The position numbers were made by a program, and so were the translations under genes. Source: Cyanophora paradoxa CCMP329 (lineage: Eukaryota > Plantae > Glaucophyta). From it: a DNA stretch of 64,000 nucleotides. The notes beneath the pieces were generated by a model that saw only the letters and a list, made by a program, of their open reading frames with translations, made no database searches and was not told where the DNA came from. This document shows, piece by piece, positions 36,637 through 49,379 of the stretch; the stretch's first letter is position 1, and each line of letters opens with the position of its first letter. The DNA lies in assembly GCA_004431415.1 (NCBI GenBank), contig QPMI01000200.1, positions 62,001-126,000 of the forward strand, given 5' to 3'.

Positions 36637-38881
36637 ATGGAGGACGCTGTTGACATCGTGACAGCTATCGCGGCGGAACCGTCCCAGTGCGTATCGCGGA
36701 GCGCGCGCGCTGTTCCGCGAAGCGCGTAACCTGCCCTGCTCCGCGTACAGAGGTCTGAAGGAGCGGTACGACGAGACGACGAGCGCTTTGGAGCTTCTCT
36801 CTGTATCAGCGCGGGAGCCAGAAAAGCGGAAGGCGCTTGAGGCGGTCGTGCCGTCATGTTCAGCAATCTTCTCAGCGGCTGCGCGTGTAGCATCGCCCGC
36901 CGGCGACACGGTGGAATCGATGCTATCAAAACTTCACTCCATCAGCTTATCTCACGACGAGTCGAACGGGGCGGCGCCCTCCGCATCGGAAGCAGCGCTG
37001 CGTGTGGCGACGTTGGCTGCGCGCGCCCTGCGGAACATCATGGCAGGAAGCGCTGCCGCGCAGCAGGCATTCTTCAAGAGCGGATGCTTGGATGAGGCAG
37101 CGAGGCTGATCGTTGCCCTCTCCGATGCAGCGCGCGCGTCCTTGCAGGGGGTCGCTGCGAAAGCCATCGCGCGCGCCGAGGCGGCCGCCGAGGCCGCTTC
37201 TAAGGCCAGCGATGGTGAACCCGGCAGCGGAAGCGGCGTCGAGCAGGAGGGAGCGGCGGGCGGGGAGGAGGCGGGAGACGGGGGACCGGACGCCGGGCAC
37301 CGGCACAGGTTGCTCGTGCTGGCGCTGCGGACGGGTGCGCGCACATCCACCCGAGCATGCAGATGTGACCTGAGGCGCCGGCGCAGTACTGCAGATGTTG
37401 GGGAATGCGGTGGTGGAGAACAGCGAGGGCAAGGAGAAGGCGTGGGCGGCCGTACACCCCGGGCCGCTCCTGGCGGCGATGCAGGATCCCGTCGACGAGG
37501 TCGCCTTCTCGAGGTGCGGACGGCCACGTGCGGTGCGGTGCGGGCGTGACGGCGCGCCAGCGCGACGATGGTGCTCTACAACGCCGCCCGCGGCGAGAAG
37601 GCGCGCCTGGAGGCCCTCCTCGCCGGCGGCGCGCCCCTTCTCCGGGCCGCCCTCGTCGAGCTCCACCGCGCCGGCGCCGAGGCCGCCGAGCGCGAGGAGC
37701 CGGCCCCCGCGGAGCCCTTCGAGTGGTGCGCTCGCCGCCCCCTCCGCCGGGGCCCGCCGGTCGGCGAGCCGCAGGGGCGCAGGGTTTTCTACCTGCTCCA
37801 GCACCTCGTCTCCGAGGGTGCGCCTGCCCCGCTGGCGGCGGCCTGTGCGGGGCGAGTCGAGCGCCGCGCAGGCCTCCTCGAGCGGACGTACCGGGCAATG
37901 GGGGACGGGGATGCGTCGGGGGTGCCGAGCGTGGAGCAGGTGGAGCTTCTCGCCTTTGTGGGGGACGTCGTGCTGCACCCGGCCCTCGCCGCCGCCCCCT
38001 CCGCCGCCCCGCTCCCCGCCCCCGGCACCGCCTTCCTCGCCTCCCTCTTTGCCTCCCTGCCCCGCATGGCGGCCGTGCACGGGCCGCCTCCAGCCCACGA
38101 CGACCACTCCCTCGAGCGCAACGTCCGCCCGCCCCGCCCGCTTCGCCGCGCCCCGCTTACCGGCGCGCAGGGCCGGGCGTGGCGCATGCTGCTGGCGGTG
38201 CAGGCGGCGCCGGGGCGACGGGGCGCGGCGGCGCGGCGGGCGTGACTGGGCGGCAGATGCTGACGGAGGTGGCGAGCGTGGGAGAGGCGGCGGTGCAGGA
38301 CCTTCTCGTCCGCTCTGACGCCCTCCCCATCGCCGTCGGTCCGCCCGGGTCCCGCCCGCCCAGCGCGCGCCCGAGGGGCCCACGCCAGCACAGAAACGCT
38401 CGTGGCGCTGGTAAAGCGCGACGCCTCGGCGGCCGCGGGCCACGGCGTGGAGCCCCACCCGCACCTCTTCGCCCTCAAGGCGCCGGCCTGCCCGCCGCGC
38501 GCCCCGCGCCGACGCTGACGCGGCGCAGAGCGACCTGCTGAGGTTCATTGCGGCGGCGGCGTACGGGCACGCGGAGGCACAGGCGCTGGTGACCCGCCTC
38601 GGGGGCTTCCAGGCCGTCGTGCAGTGCTGCTCCATCGAGGAGCACAACCCTCGTGCGCACGGCCCGCGCGTCACCGTGCCCGCCGCCGGGCCCGACGGGA
38701 TGAGGCAGAGATGGCGGAGTGCGCGGTGCTCTGCATCCGGGCTCTCACAGACGGCAACGAGGAGAACGGCAAGATCCTCCACGCCATGCAGGTGACTCCG
38801 TCGCGCTCCCCCGGGCCCGTGATCAACGTGTCCCGGCAGGAGGAAGCCGCCCATCGTCGCAAGCCCGGCCCCGCTCGCTGA
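36637..38881 (+). CDS. ATXN10: Ataxin-10/Ctr86-like ARM-repeat protein
   Basis: Helical repeats (RALRNIMAG...AQQAF; LQMLGNAV) and a C-terminal GFQAVVQCCSIEEHNP|xMAECAVLCIRALTDGNEEN segment matching the ataxin-10 domain pattern. Confidence 0.75.
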
Positions 38882-39620
38882 TCCTCCTGCATTCGGGTTT
38901 GCTTCCACCCTCGGCGGGGGCCGGCGCGGCCCCGAACCTCCGAGCCTCGCCGCCCCCGCGTCGATGTCGACGTCTTCCACTTCGGCTCGGCTCGGCGACG
39001 CCCACCATTCCCTGCCCCCTTTCTCACGGGTCTTTTTTCAATGTTTCCATCGAGTCTTCGCCACGGTCTTGCGCGGCGCATGCCCGGCGCGTTGCGCCGA
39101 CCGCGGCGCGCGCGCGCGCTCCGACGTGGAGCCTCGTAGTGGACTCGAAACGCAGCTTCGCCATTCGGGATCTCGATCTGAGTGATGAAACGTGAACGCT
39201 TTAACCTTCACAAAACGAACGCGCACGCTGCAAGCCGCTAGCGCTGAGCTGCTCGAAGCTTCAAGCAAGTTGAAGCAAGTTTTCAAGCAAGTTTTTTTTA
39301 AGCAACCAGAGGGGGGGTACGCCGGTACCGCCCGGACGTTGTGGCGCCGGCTCTCTAGATCTCTCACTTTCTCTTTCGGCGGTTGTACGTCTGGACCCGT
39401 CGATCAGCGCTACGCACGGCAGCCCCGGTTCAACATTCGTCGTTTTGCCCAAGTTGCGAGGTTCCGAGGCGTTAGGGCTAAGCAGCTTCCGTTCGTAAGC
39501 GGCGAGGGCTTCCAGTTGTAAGCGGCCAGGGCTTTCGAGCGTTAGCGGTCAGGGCGTTCGTTCGAGGCAGCCAGTTGCCAGTTGATTAGCGGGCGTCAGA
39601 GCGAAGCTTTTTCGACGCCA

Positions 39621-42600
39621 ATGTCTTCGTCTAGCGTATTGTCAAAAGCCCCAATCGTTCCGGGCCCGGACGGCGTAGGTCAGCAGCGCAGCCTCGCAGC
39701 AGCCACGTACACCCAATTGCTCACGAATTGGGCCCGCGCTGTGCCATCGACGGTGAAATGTTCACGGGAGTCGCAAGCATCGTGCTGCGGTAATGGCAAG
39801 GTACGGCAAATTGTCGTGCCTCCGGTTTAGCTACTGCATTTCAGATATGACTCACGCAGGTCGATGGGAACGAGGTGCGACGCTCAGTGCTCCCCGGAAT
39901 AGCTGCTGACTCGTGTTTGACCTGCGACGCGAACGTAGGAATGCGATCTGGGTGCGCCGCCGTTACATGGGCCTTCACCCCCTCGAGCTCAGCTGCAGGG
40001 CCCTCAAATCCAAATCAGTCCTAATGGTCGGGGACGCAGGGCTGAGCCTCAATGGAAAAGGCGACCCATGGGACATTCCGGTACTGGTTTTACATCACTC
40101 GCATAGATGAAATAAATCCGCACCTGACCTTCATCATCAGTGTAACGAAAAATGCCAACTACGCCCGTGGTGCGGAGATGGAATTCAGGTGCTACCGGCG
40201 CCAGGGCAGCCGGGCGGGGCCTGGGCCAGGGACAGCATTCGATGATCGATCTCGGGCAGGGGCCAAGCAACATCGGCCACGACTGCGAGACGTGCGCCCT
40301 TAGCTGGCGCTTGCTGCGGAGCCCTCTGACTCTTTTCGGCAGCTGCGACGATGGTCAAAAAACCTTTGACACCGCGACCCTGACCTTGCTGACACCGTGA
40401 CTCCAACCAGGCGCGAAGAACGGACGTGGCTTCTATGATAAATGCGACCCGCTCTGGCAAGTCTACTCCCCCTCGCTCCACTTTCAGACCGCTAAGATTA
40501 CGATCGTTAGCTGCCCTGCTCCGATCCAGCGCCTAGCTGACTTCCGTGACGTTCCTGCGCAGCAACGTAAAAGTAATCAATCTCGATATCATCCCCTCCT
40601 CCCCTCTCCCCCCCTCCCTTCCACCCCCTACCCCTCCCCACCCTTCCAGTGCCAACCCTCTCCTGCCCCCCCCTCCCCCCCCTCCCCCCTCCCCCCCCCC
40701 CCCCCCTCCCCCCCCCCCCCCGCCCCTCCCCGCCCTCCCCCACCCCTTCCTCTTCCCTCCTCTTCCTCCCCCTCTCTTCCCCCCCTCCCTCCCCCTCCTC
40801 TTTCGCCTCTCCTCTCCCCCCCCCCCCCCCCCCCACAAACACACTCACACACCACCCCCACACATCTTCCTATCCCTTCCCCAGCCCCTAGCCATCCACA
40901 GACCCCGCCTTCCGTCTCACTCCCTCCTCTCCACTCCCATTCCCTCCTATTCTCCCCTTCCGTGTCCCATTCCCACTCTCTGCCGTTTGCCCTCTTCCCC
41001 GCGCGTGTGCACAGATAGTTCCGCACCTGACACACATCATGTGAAGAACTATTGCGGCGACGGGAAGGTTGATCAAACCACCTATCGCGTCTATACACGG
41101 ACTGAAAACGGTACCTCTGTCACATACGACAACAGTGCGCCTCCCTCATCCCCTCTCTTTCTCTCCACCCCCCCTCCGCTTCCCCCAATTGATCCATGTT
41201 CCAGAGAAGAACACTATCGTCCAAAACGGCGTCGCCCGCACAGAAGAATGTTCGTCATTCCTCTGCACTACCACCCCTCCCCCCTTCCCCCCTAGAGAAA
41301 ATGCTCCCAAGCCTCCTCTTTCCAATGCTCCGACGTGCGCAGGTGATGATGGTGAGTCAGCAAAGATACAGAATGTTGCATGTTTTTCTCTTAGCCACGG
41401 GATTTTTCTTTATTCATTGCAGGAACATCAAACGGCAGTCTTAACAAGTGCACAAAAGAGGTACTGCCTATCGTAAATCAATCCCGCCAGAGCGCCTCTA
41501 ACTGCACGACAGTGCAAGCTCCCTATCTGCGGTTCGTCTCGCAAAAAGAATAAATCTGCCTCCGGTGCTGTGCAATTCACCTCCTTGGCGCTAGGCGATG
41601 GAATTCTCAACAAGACCGGCGAGCTGTGTGGTCCGTGGAGTGCTATGCGTCCGCTTGCACAAGTTGGCGTGCCTCACGGTATCCATCTCATTCGGGCAGA
41701 TGAGGGCGCCAAGAATGGGGGCGTCGACGCGTGCACGAAGACATGCGGTGAGCATGAGTCTCTCTCTGAGAGCTGGTCTAGTGGCCCCGTCTCACGGGCA
41801 ACACAGTCCGACCTGCTTGCGGCGATGGCCTGCAGAACCAGAGCTCCGAAGTGCGCTTGCGGCCTGCGATCCAATCATAAATTTGAAATCATGGCCCAAG
41901 GTGCCATGTGTCTACAGACAGCCGATAACTGTGCCTGCAGGCATGTGACGCAGGATCCGAAAACGGCAAAATGGGCAAGTGCACGACGGTGCATTCTTTC
42001 TTGGATCATCTACTTCATCTTTTGCTCGCAAAGGCTCACGGACTCGGGGGCCGGGTGTTGCTGCATCCCCTCAGAGCTGCAAGCTGCCCACTTGCGGTTC
42101 GAGTGTCTCTTGCAATGGACCCGCCCAGTGCAGCTTGAGCTGACTGTGCGTGCGTGACTACAACAGGGGACGGCGTCATCAATCAATTCAGTGAAGTGTG
42201 TTGCGGGTTTTATGACCCCCCTTTTTATTCAATGTGCTCATAATCAGCAATAGATTTGCGATGATGGCACCACTAATGGTCAACCTGGGAAGTGCTCAAA
42301 GGCATGTACATATTTTTTTCTGTTCAAGATGATCTAGAGATTTGACTGAGAATCCATGGGCACTCGCCTTCCATGAAGACTTGTACGTCGCCTCTATGTG
42401 GTGACGGTATCAAGAATTTCAATGGCGAGCAATGTGACGATGGGGCTGAGAATGGGAGGATGGGCAAGTGCACGGCGGTACGCCCACCGTCCCTCCTCCC
42501 ACGCTTTGGTCTCTCTCGCTGTACCCCATATTTTCCTGATTGTACTCTCCCACTCTCCCAGAGTTGCAAGCTTCCCGTTTGTGGTGCATTTTTCCGATCT

Positions 42601-45600
42601 GCTGATATGGTGGCAACACTCCATTGCTACTCACTGTTGCGCATCGATAACAGGCGACGGTCTGGTTAATGCTACTGGCGAGGAGTGCGCCTGTTTTATT
42701 CATGGCATTTGCAACTGGAGCCAGCTGCAGTTCAGCTGTGCTTATGGTTAACTGCCGCCATGCCAGGTGTGATGAAGCCACAGCGAACGGCCAGCTCAAC
42801 AAGTGCACTGCAGTGCGCACGGCCCTTTGAAATTCTTGAGCCCCTGTCCTGCAGCTGCTGTGCTGTTACTGACACTTCCGCCGGCGCTTGCAGACCTGCA
42901 AGCTGCCGATTTGTGGTGCGCTTCATGTAGTTTTGGGCATAGGGCGCTACGCCACAAGTTCCATGCATCCACTTCATGGTTATGTGCCCCTCCTCCCGCT
43001 AGGCGATGGAATTCTCAACAAGACCGGCGAGCTGTGTGGTCCGTGGCAGAGTGCTATGCGTCCGCTTGCACAAGTTGACGTGCCTCACGGTATCCATCTC
43101 ATTCGGGCAGACGAGGGCGCCAAGAATGGGGGCGTCGACGCGTGCACGAAGACATGCGGTGAGCATGAGTCTCTCTCTGAGAGCTGGTCTAGTGGCCCCG
43201 TCTCACGGGCAACACAGTCCGACCTGCTTGCGGCGATGGCCTGCAGAACCAGAGCTCCGAAGTGCGCTTGCGGCCTGCGATCCAATCATAAATTTGAAAT
43301 CATGGCCCAAGGTGCCATGTGTCTACAGACAGCCGATAACTGTGCCTGCAGGCATGTGACGCAGGATCCGAAAACGGCAAAATGGGCAAGTGCACGACGG
43401 TGCATTCTTTCTTGGATCATCTACTTCATCTTTTGCTCGCAAAGGCTCACGGACTCGGGGGGCCTGGTGTTGCTGCATCTCCTCAGAGCTGCAAGCCGCC
43501 CACTTGCGGTTCGAGTGTCTCTTGCAATGGACCCGCCCAGTGCAGCTTGAGCTGACTGTGCGTGCGTGACTACAACAGGGGACGGCATAATCAACCAAGT
43601 GAATGAGGTGGGTTGCATCCGAAATACACCGTCTTCTGAACCTTGACACAAGACAGGTTTGTGATGAAGGAAATGTGAATGGGAATGTTGGTCGCTGTAC
43701 AAAGGTTCGTGTTTTGGGCAGCTCCGCATGCTCCTTTCGCATTCTTATGTTTCGAAATAAATGTATCGTTCTGTTGCAATTGACATCGCTTTCACTTGAA
43801 GGCCTGCCAAGCCCCGAAATGCGGTACTTTCTCCCTTCAGGCCTTCATCGTTCTTGACGCTGACACATGTGTATGCGCTCTCAGGCGACGGCCTGCTCAA
43901 TGTCCTCGGAGAGGAGGTGCGTTGCAATGGCAACTCGTGAACATCGTCTTACGTGTATCTAGTGTGATGCCGGAGCACAAAACGGAGGATTCGGCCAGTG
44001 CACAACTCTGTGCCGCAAGCCAGTGTGTGGCGACGGAGTAAAGAACACAAACGCGGAACTGTGCGATGATGGTGCTCAAAACGGAATGCCGGGCAAGTGC
44101 ACGACAACCTGCACCATGCCCGTATGTGGTATGCTCTGTAAATAGCGTCTCGCTTTCGTCGTCGAGTGCGTTTTTAGGTGATGGAGTCAAGAATGCAACT
44201 TCAGAAGAATGTGGTGCGTTCAAGTGCACTCTCCCATCCATGTCCTGTCTGACACTCCAGATAGACGATGGGCGCCTCAACGGTTCTTTAAACAAATGCA
44301 CGGCCAGTTGCCAGTTGCCCGAATGCGGTTTGACTTGCTCTTTGTACTTGTAATTGTTTCAAGCCTGACTTTGTCCAAGGCGATGGCATCGTGAACATGG
44401 CAAACGAGGAATGCGGTAATCACACAGCGATGTACGTGTGTACATACCCTGTTCAATCATGCTGACGACAGATGCTGGGGAGAAGAACGGCACAGTTGGC
44501 TCATGCACGAAGTCGTGCAAGCTTCCCACTTGTGGTTCGAGCTCTTGTTTCGTTTTGTATTCTAAAGCTTATGATCTGTCGGACATGTCCTTCTCAGGCG
44601 ACGGCATGGTTTGTGTTTTTCTCGTTTGTTTCATGCTTTCATGAGCCGCTGATTGTTGGCATGCATCCATCAGGTGAATCAAGCCAGCGAGCGCTGGTTC
44701 GAATTTGTGTATCGCTAAGCCTCTCAAAATATGGGCCATTGCGTTATTCTTATCATCATTCCGTGAACACAGCGATGATGGGGCCGACAATGGCAAGCCG
44801 GCAAAATGCTCGGTGGTGCGCATGCCGTACGTGTGCATTCCTGGATGCTTATAATTGATTTATGCCTGGCATCGCTTTGTCGCTCTGCAGACGTGCAAGT
44901 TGCCAATTTGCGGTTCGGGTTCCTGCACTTGTTTTGCATTCGATGACATGAACACATTTTATGACAGGTGATGGCGTGATCAACCAGACAACCGAGGAGT
45001 GCGATGAAGGAAGCCAAGCAAACGGCACCATGGGCAAGTGCACACGCACCTGCAACCTCCCAATCGTATGTATATCCTCTCTACATCGTACACTTGCTTT
45101 ATGGATGCCGATACTATTAGTGTGGCGATGGTGTGAGGAACAAAACCGACGAACAATGCGACCACGGGGCTGAGAATGGGAGGATGGGCAAGTGCACGGC
45201 AGTACGCCCACCGTCCCTCCTCCCACGCTTTGGTCTCTCTCGCTGTACCCCATATTTTCCTGATTGTACTCTCCCACTCTCCCAGAGTTGCAAGCTTCCC
45301 GTTTGTGGTGCATTTTTCCGATCTGCTGATATGGTGGCAACACTCCCATTGCTACTCACTGTTGCGCATCGATAACAGGCGACGGTCTGGTTAATGCTAC
45401 TGGCGAGGAGTGCGCCTGTTTTATTCATGGCATTTGCAACTGGAGCCAGCTGCAGTTCAGCTGTGCTTATGGTTAACTGCCGCCATGCCAGGTGTGATGA
45501 AGCCACAGCGAACGGCCAGCTCAACAAGTGCACTGCAGTGCGCACGGCCCTTTGAAATTCTTGAGCCCCTGTCCTGCAGCTGCTGTGCTGTTACTGACAC

Positions 45601-47605
45601 TTCCGCCGGCGCTTGCAGACCTGCAAGCTGCCGATTTGTGGTGCGCTTCATGTGGTTTTGGGCATAGGGCGCTACGCCACAAGTTCCATGCATCCACTTC
45701 ATGGTTATGTGCCCCTCCTCCACGCTAGGCGATGGAATTCTCAACAAGACCGGCGAGCTGTGTGGTCCGTGGCAGAGTGCTATGCGTCCGCTTGCACAAG
45801 TTGACGTGCCTCACGATATCCATCTCATTCGGGCAGACGAGGGCGCCAAGAATGGGGGCGTCGACACGTGCACGAAGACATGCGGTGAGCATGAGTCTCT
45901 CTCTGAGAGCTGGTCTAGTGGCCCCGTCTCACGGGCAACACAGTCCGACCTGCTTGCGGCGATGGCCTGCAGAACCAGAGCTCCGAAGTGCGCTTGCGGC
46001 CTGCGATCCAATCATAAATTTGAAATCATGGCCCAAGGTGCCATGTGTCTACAGACAGCCGATAACTGTGCCTGCAGGCATGTGACGCAGGATCCGAAAA
46101 CGGCAAAATGGGCAAATGCACGACGGTGCATTCTTTCTTGGATCATCTACTTCATCTTTTGCTCGCAAAGGCTCACGGACTCGGGGGGCCGGGTGTTGCT
46201 GCATCTCCTCAGAGCTGCAAGCCGCCCACTTGCGGTTCGAGTGTCTCTTGCAATGGACCCGCCCAGTGCAGCTTGAGCTGACTGTGCGTGCGTGACTACA
46301 ACAGGGGACGGCATAATCAACCAAGTGAATGAGGTGGGTTTTGAGCAGCTCATGTGGCTTTGGACTTCTGCTGACATTCGAATGGTCGTCAGTCCTGTGA
46401 CTCTGGTAAAGACAACGGTCGTATTTGCATCTGCACTTCAAATTGCAGTGCGCACTTTCACATGCTTTTAATGCCTCATATCTCTTACATGCTCGCAATA
46501 ATTTTTCAGAGACACCTTCTTGTGGTAAGTGCAAAAATTTTCCAGAGACACCTTCTTGTGGCATTGAGAGTTGTCACCGCGAAAATAGGCGATGGAGAAA
46601 TCAACAAGGCGCTGGAAGCTTGCGACGAAGGAAGCCTTAATGGTGGAATGGACAGGTGCAGGCAACAGCAGTGCACACTGTCACGTGCTTTTTTAACGTC
46701 TCATACTTAGGTGTACAACATCTTGTCAGGTGCAGCGATCACTTGAATAGCAACCTCTGATTCCAAGACTGAGCTCGAGGCCCGGGCTGAGGCATATGGA
46801 TCACACTTTTTGGGTTCAACAGATCCCGTTCTGCGGTTTGTGCGGTTTTTGTGCTTATGGCGTGCAGTTGTCTGATTTCCGACTCCTCAGGCGATGGAGT
46901 GATCAACAAGACTGGCGAACTGTGCGGTCCGTGGCCAGGGGCTGTACGCCTTCTTAACGTGATTGTGATTATTGTTTGCAGATGAGGGTCAACTAAACGG
47001 CAGCATCGGGGCTTGCACAGTCGCCTGCCTTCCCCCGCGTTGCGGCGATGGTCTTACCAATACGACTTTGGAGCAATGCGACAATGGCAAGGTGCGTCGG
47101 AAAAAGGGCACCCAAACTAGGCTCACGCTGGCGGGCTCAGGCGAATGGGACCCTGGACGACTGCACACTGGAGTGCCAGATGCCTCGATGCGGCGACCTT
47201 CTTGTTCGCCCTCGCCTGGACGTGATTTCGTTCTTCTTCAACTGAGCTCATATTCGCAGGTGAATCGCGGAGCCGAGGAATGCGATTTAGGTTTGTGCTG
47301 GCCCTACAGCCCCGGTCCACGAGTTGGCCACCCCTGACACGTCGTAGGGCCGAGCAACGGCGCAAGTCAGTGCTCTGCCTCCTGCTCCCGTGGTGCGCCT
47401 CATGCATTTCAGACGCGCTTCATGCCCACCCGCGCCGCGCTCTGATTATGACGTGCGGGGCACAGTGGCGATGGTATGCAACCTTCAGAGGACAAGCAGC
47501 GCGAATTTGAAGCCAGGCTCAGGAGTGCGGCAGGTGGAGGAGTCGCTGGACGTCGACGAGATGCTGTTCGAGGCCACCGGCTGCCTACTCGTCGAGGCCC
47601 CTGAT
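39621..47605 (+). CDS. Large Cys-rich repeat protein (~25 myxobacterial-type/DUF4215-like repeats) encoded mostly by microexons; ends approximate
   Basis: Splicing at mostly GT-AG sites yields a continuous unit CGDGxxNxxxExCDxGxxNGxxGxCTxxCxLPx, e.g. CG|DGILNKTGELC|DEGAKNGGVDACTKTC|VRPACGDGLQNQSSE|ACDAGSENGKMGKCTT|SCKLPTC. Confidence 0.8.
41591..46340. repeat. Recent intragenic segmental duplications including introns
   Basis: A ~600-bp block occurs at ~41591-42183, ~42999-43610 and ~45725-46337. A ~1170-bp block occurs at ~42442-43614 and ~45166-46340 and is nearly identical. Confidence 0.93.
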
Positions 47606-48235
47606 GCTGTGCGCACCCGTAAGGCGCTGCCTGGCTCCTTGGGGCTCGCCTTAAGCGGCGGCAGGGGGCTATCCTTGTGGAGGAGCTGGGGGCAGAGCTG
47701 GCCGAACTGGAGCTCGCTGAGCTCTTTGCCTGGTCCTCCGATGTGGTGCGGCTGACTGCCCCATCCGCCCTGCCTCGCTAAGCGCCCCCCCCCCCCCCCC
47801 CCCCCTGCAGGATTATTGACGAATCCCGGAGAATACGGCATTTTCGCAATCTGGCATTATTTACTTTGTACGTACTTTATACGCGACAAGATCATCGGAT
47901 CTCCGAGGCTCGATCCCCCTGTTCCGGGGATCCTCGCGATCGAGCCGCCGACCTAGACGTATAGCATAGTATATAGATCTCGTGTAAACACTGTTACTGT
48001 TACAGTTACAGAGTCGAATCAAAACGTTAAACTGCAATCATTGAATGTGCACGTACGCGTGCACGACCGTACGCGTCGGATCCCGCAGTCACTGAGTCGT
48101 AGCTATAGTATACGTACTAGAGTATTTATACGTATACGTATATACGTAGTCACGGATCTGCGCGCGCGCGGCCGCGGCCGGCGCCGGCTGTGGAGCACAA
48201 CTGAGTTTAGCGCGCGTACCCCCACCCCGACTCCC

Positions 48236-48642
48236 ATGTTCCGCTCAGTTCTCGGCACCAGCCGCCGTGCAGCACGGGCGCTCCACTCAACGGCGGCGGC
48301 GCGAAGCGCTGTGGTTTGAGCCCTCCGCCGCCGCGCCGCGCTCCATGTCCGACGCCCCTGCAGAGTCGGACGCCCGAGACGGCCGAGCTCGTTGCGACGA
48401 AGGAGCGCATTGCCATTACGGGAGAGGTTGCCGTTATCGCCGCGGGCGGCCTGGCCATCTACGTCATGTATGACGGCTACCTCGCCGGGGTGCGGCCCGC
48501 CGGCGCGCGGCCCTGCGCAGGCTGACGCCCCGTCCAGCTCGAGCGCATTGAGATGGCGAAAGAGGCGGAGAAGAAGCGTCAAGAGGAGCGCGCGTTGAGG
48601 AAGAAGGAGCTGCTTGCGAAAGCAGGCATCGTTCAAGCATAA
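48236..48642 (+). CDS. Small (~100 aa) single-TM protein with mitochondrial-presequence-like N-terminus; 3 exons; function unknown
   Basis: MFRSVLGTSRRAARALHSTAAARSAV|SRTPETAELVATKERIAITGEVAVIAAGGLAIYVMYDGYLAG|LERIEMAKEAEKKRQEERALRKKELLAKAGIVQA*. Confidence 0.7.
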
Positions 48643-48667
48643 AATCGGACGATGGCGTCATTGGACA

Positions 48668-48930
48668 TAGATGTGACTCACTCGTTATCTGGACTAGCTC
48701 AATAGCTGTTCGGACTAGCGGTATTCGCTGAGCAATCCATGGGCTCTCTTGGATAGGCAAATCGACGTCGAGATCGAAATCGAAACCGAGGGGCCAGGGC
48801 AGGCAGGCCAGGAGCCCCGAAGCTGGGGCCGGGCCTTTGATCTATGTTTTTTCTATAATCTCAATTTGAGGTTTTCTGCAAGATAGGCACAGACCTAAGG
48901 GCCGGCGCCTCTCCCGGAGTCCTTTCAAAG
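48668..48930. repeat. Dispersed repeat family, long copy C
   Basis: Matches copy B at 29421-29703 and the head of copy A at 12305. Confidence 0.9.
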
Positions 48931-49379
48931 TTTCACTGAGTCAAGTTCAAGGAGCGGTACTGCACGGCGGGCTGGGGCCGGGAGCGGTACTAGTACTGCA
49001 CGGCGGGGCCGGGGGCCGGCACCAGCCGCGGCGCCTCGCCGTCGGCGGGGCCCAAGCACAGGAAGAGGACCGACGGCGCCGATGTGGACGGCCGCGAGGT
49101 AGACCCTTGCTCCCCTTGCGAGCGCCGGCTCCCCTTGCGAGCGCCGGCAGCTGCGGCACGCTTAAGCTTTCTGCATTCACGGTGGAGTCCGCGTCTAGGA
49201 GGGGACGGCGCTTGCGGCTCCGACGTTGGGATCGGTCTCGCAGGTTCGGGGGGGAGACGGTTGGACGCGTATACGTACGCCGTGACGGGGGGGATTAACA
49301 GGATCGCATCGCATTTTATTTGTGCGTTCAGCATAGACACGGCTGTGACCTACGCCAGGCCGTGGTCGCAAAAAAATAT

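Noticed and set aside
40546-41295. Poly-proline ORF and the antisense poly-glycine ORFs
   Set aside because: Largely translation of a low-complexity C-rich tract; only the CGDG-containing part has motif support as an exon.
48690-48720. tRNA gene or tRNA-derived SINE (TAGCTCAATAG and GTTCGGAC resemble A and B boxes)
   Set aside because: The two motifs are only 2 nt apart and no cloverleaf can be drawn.
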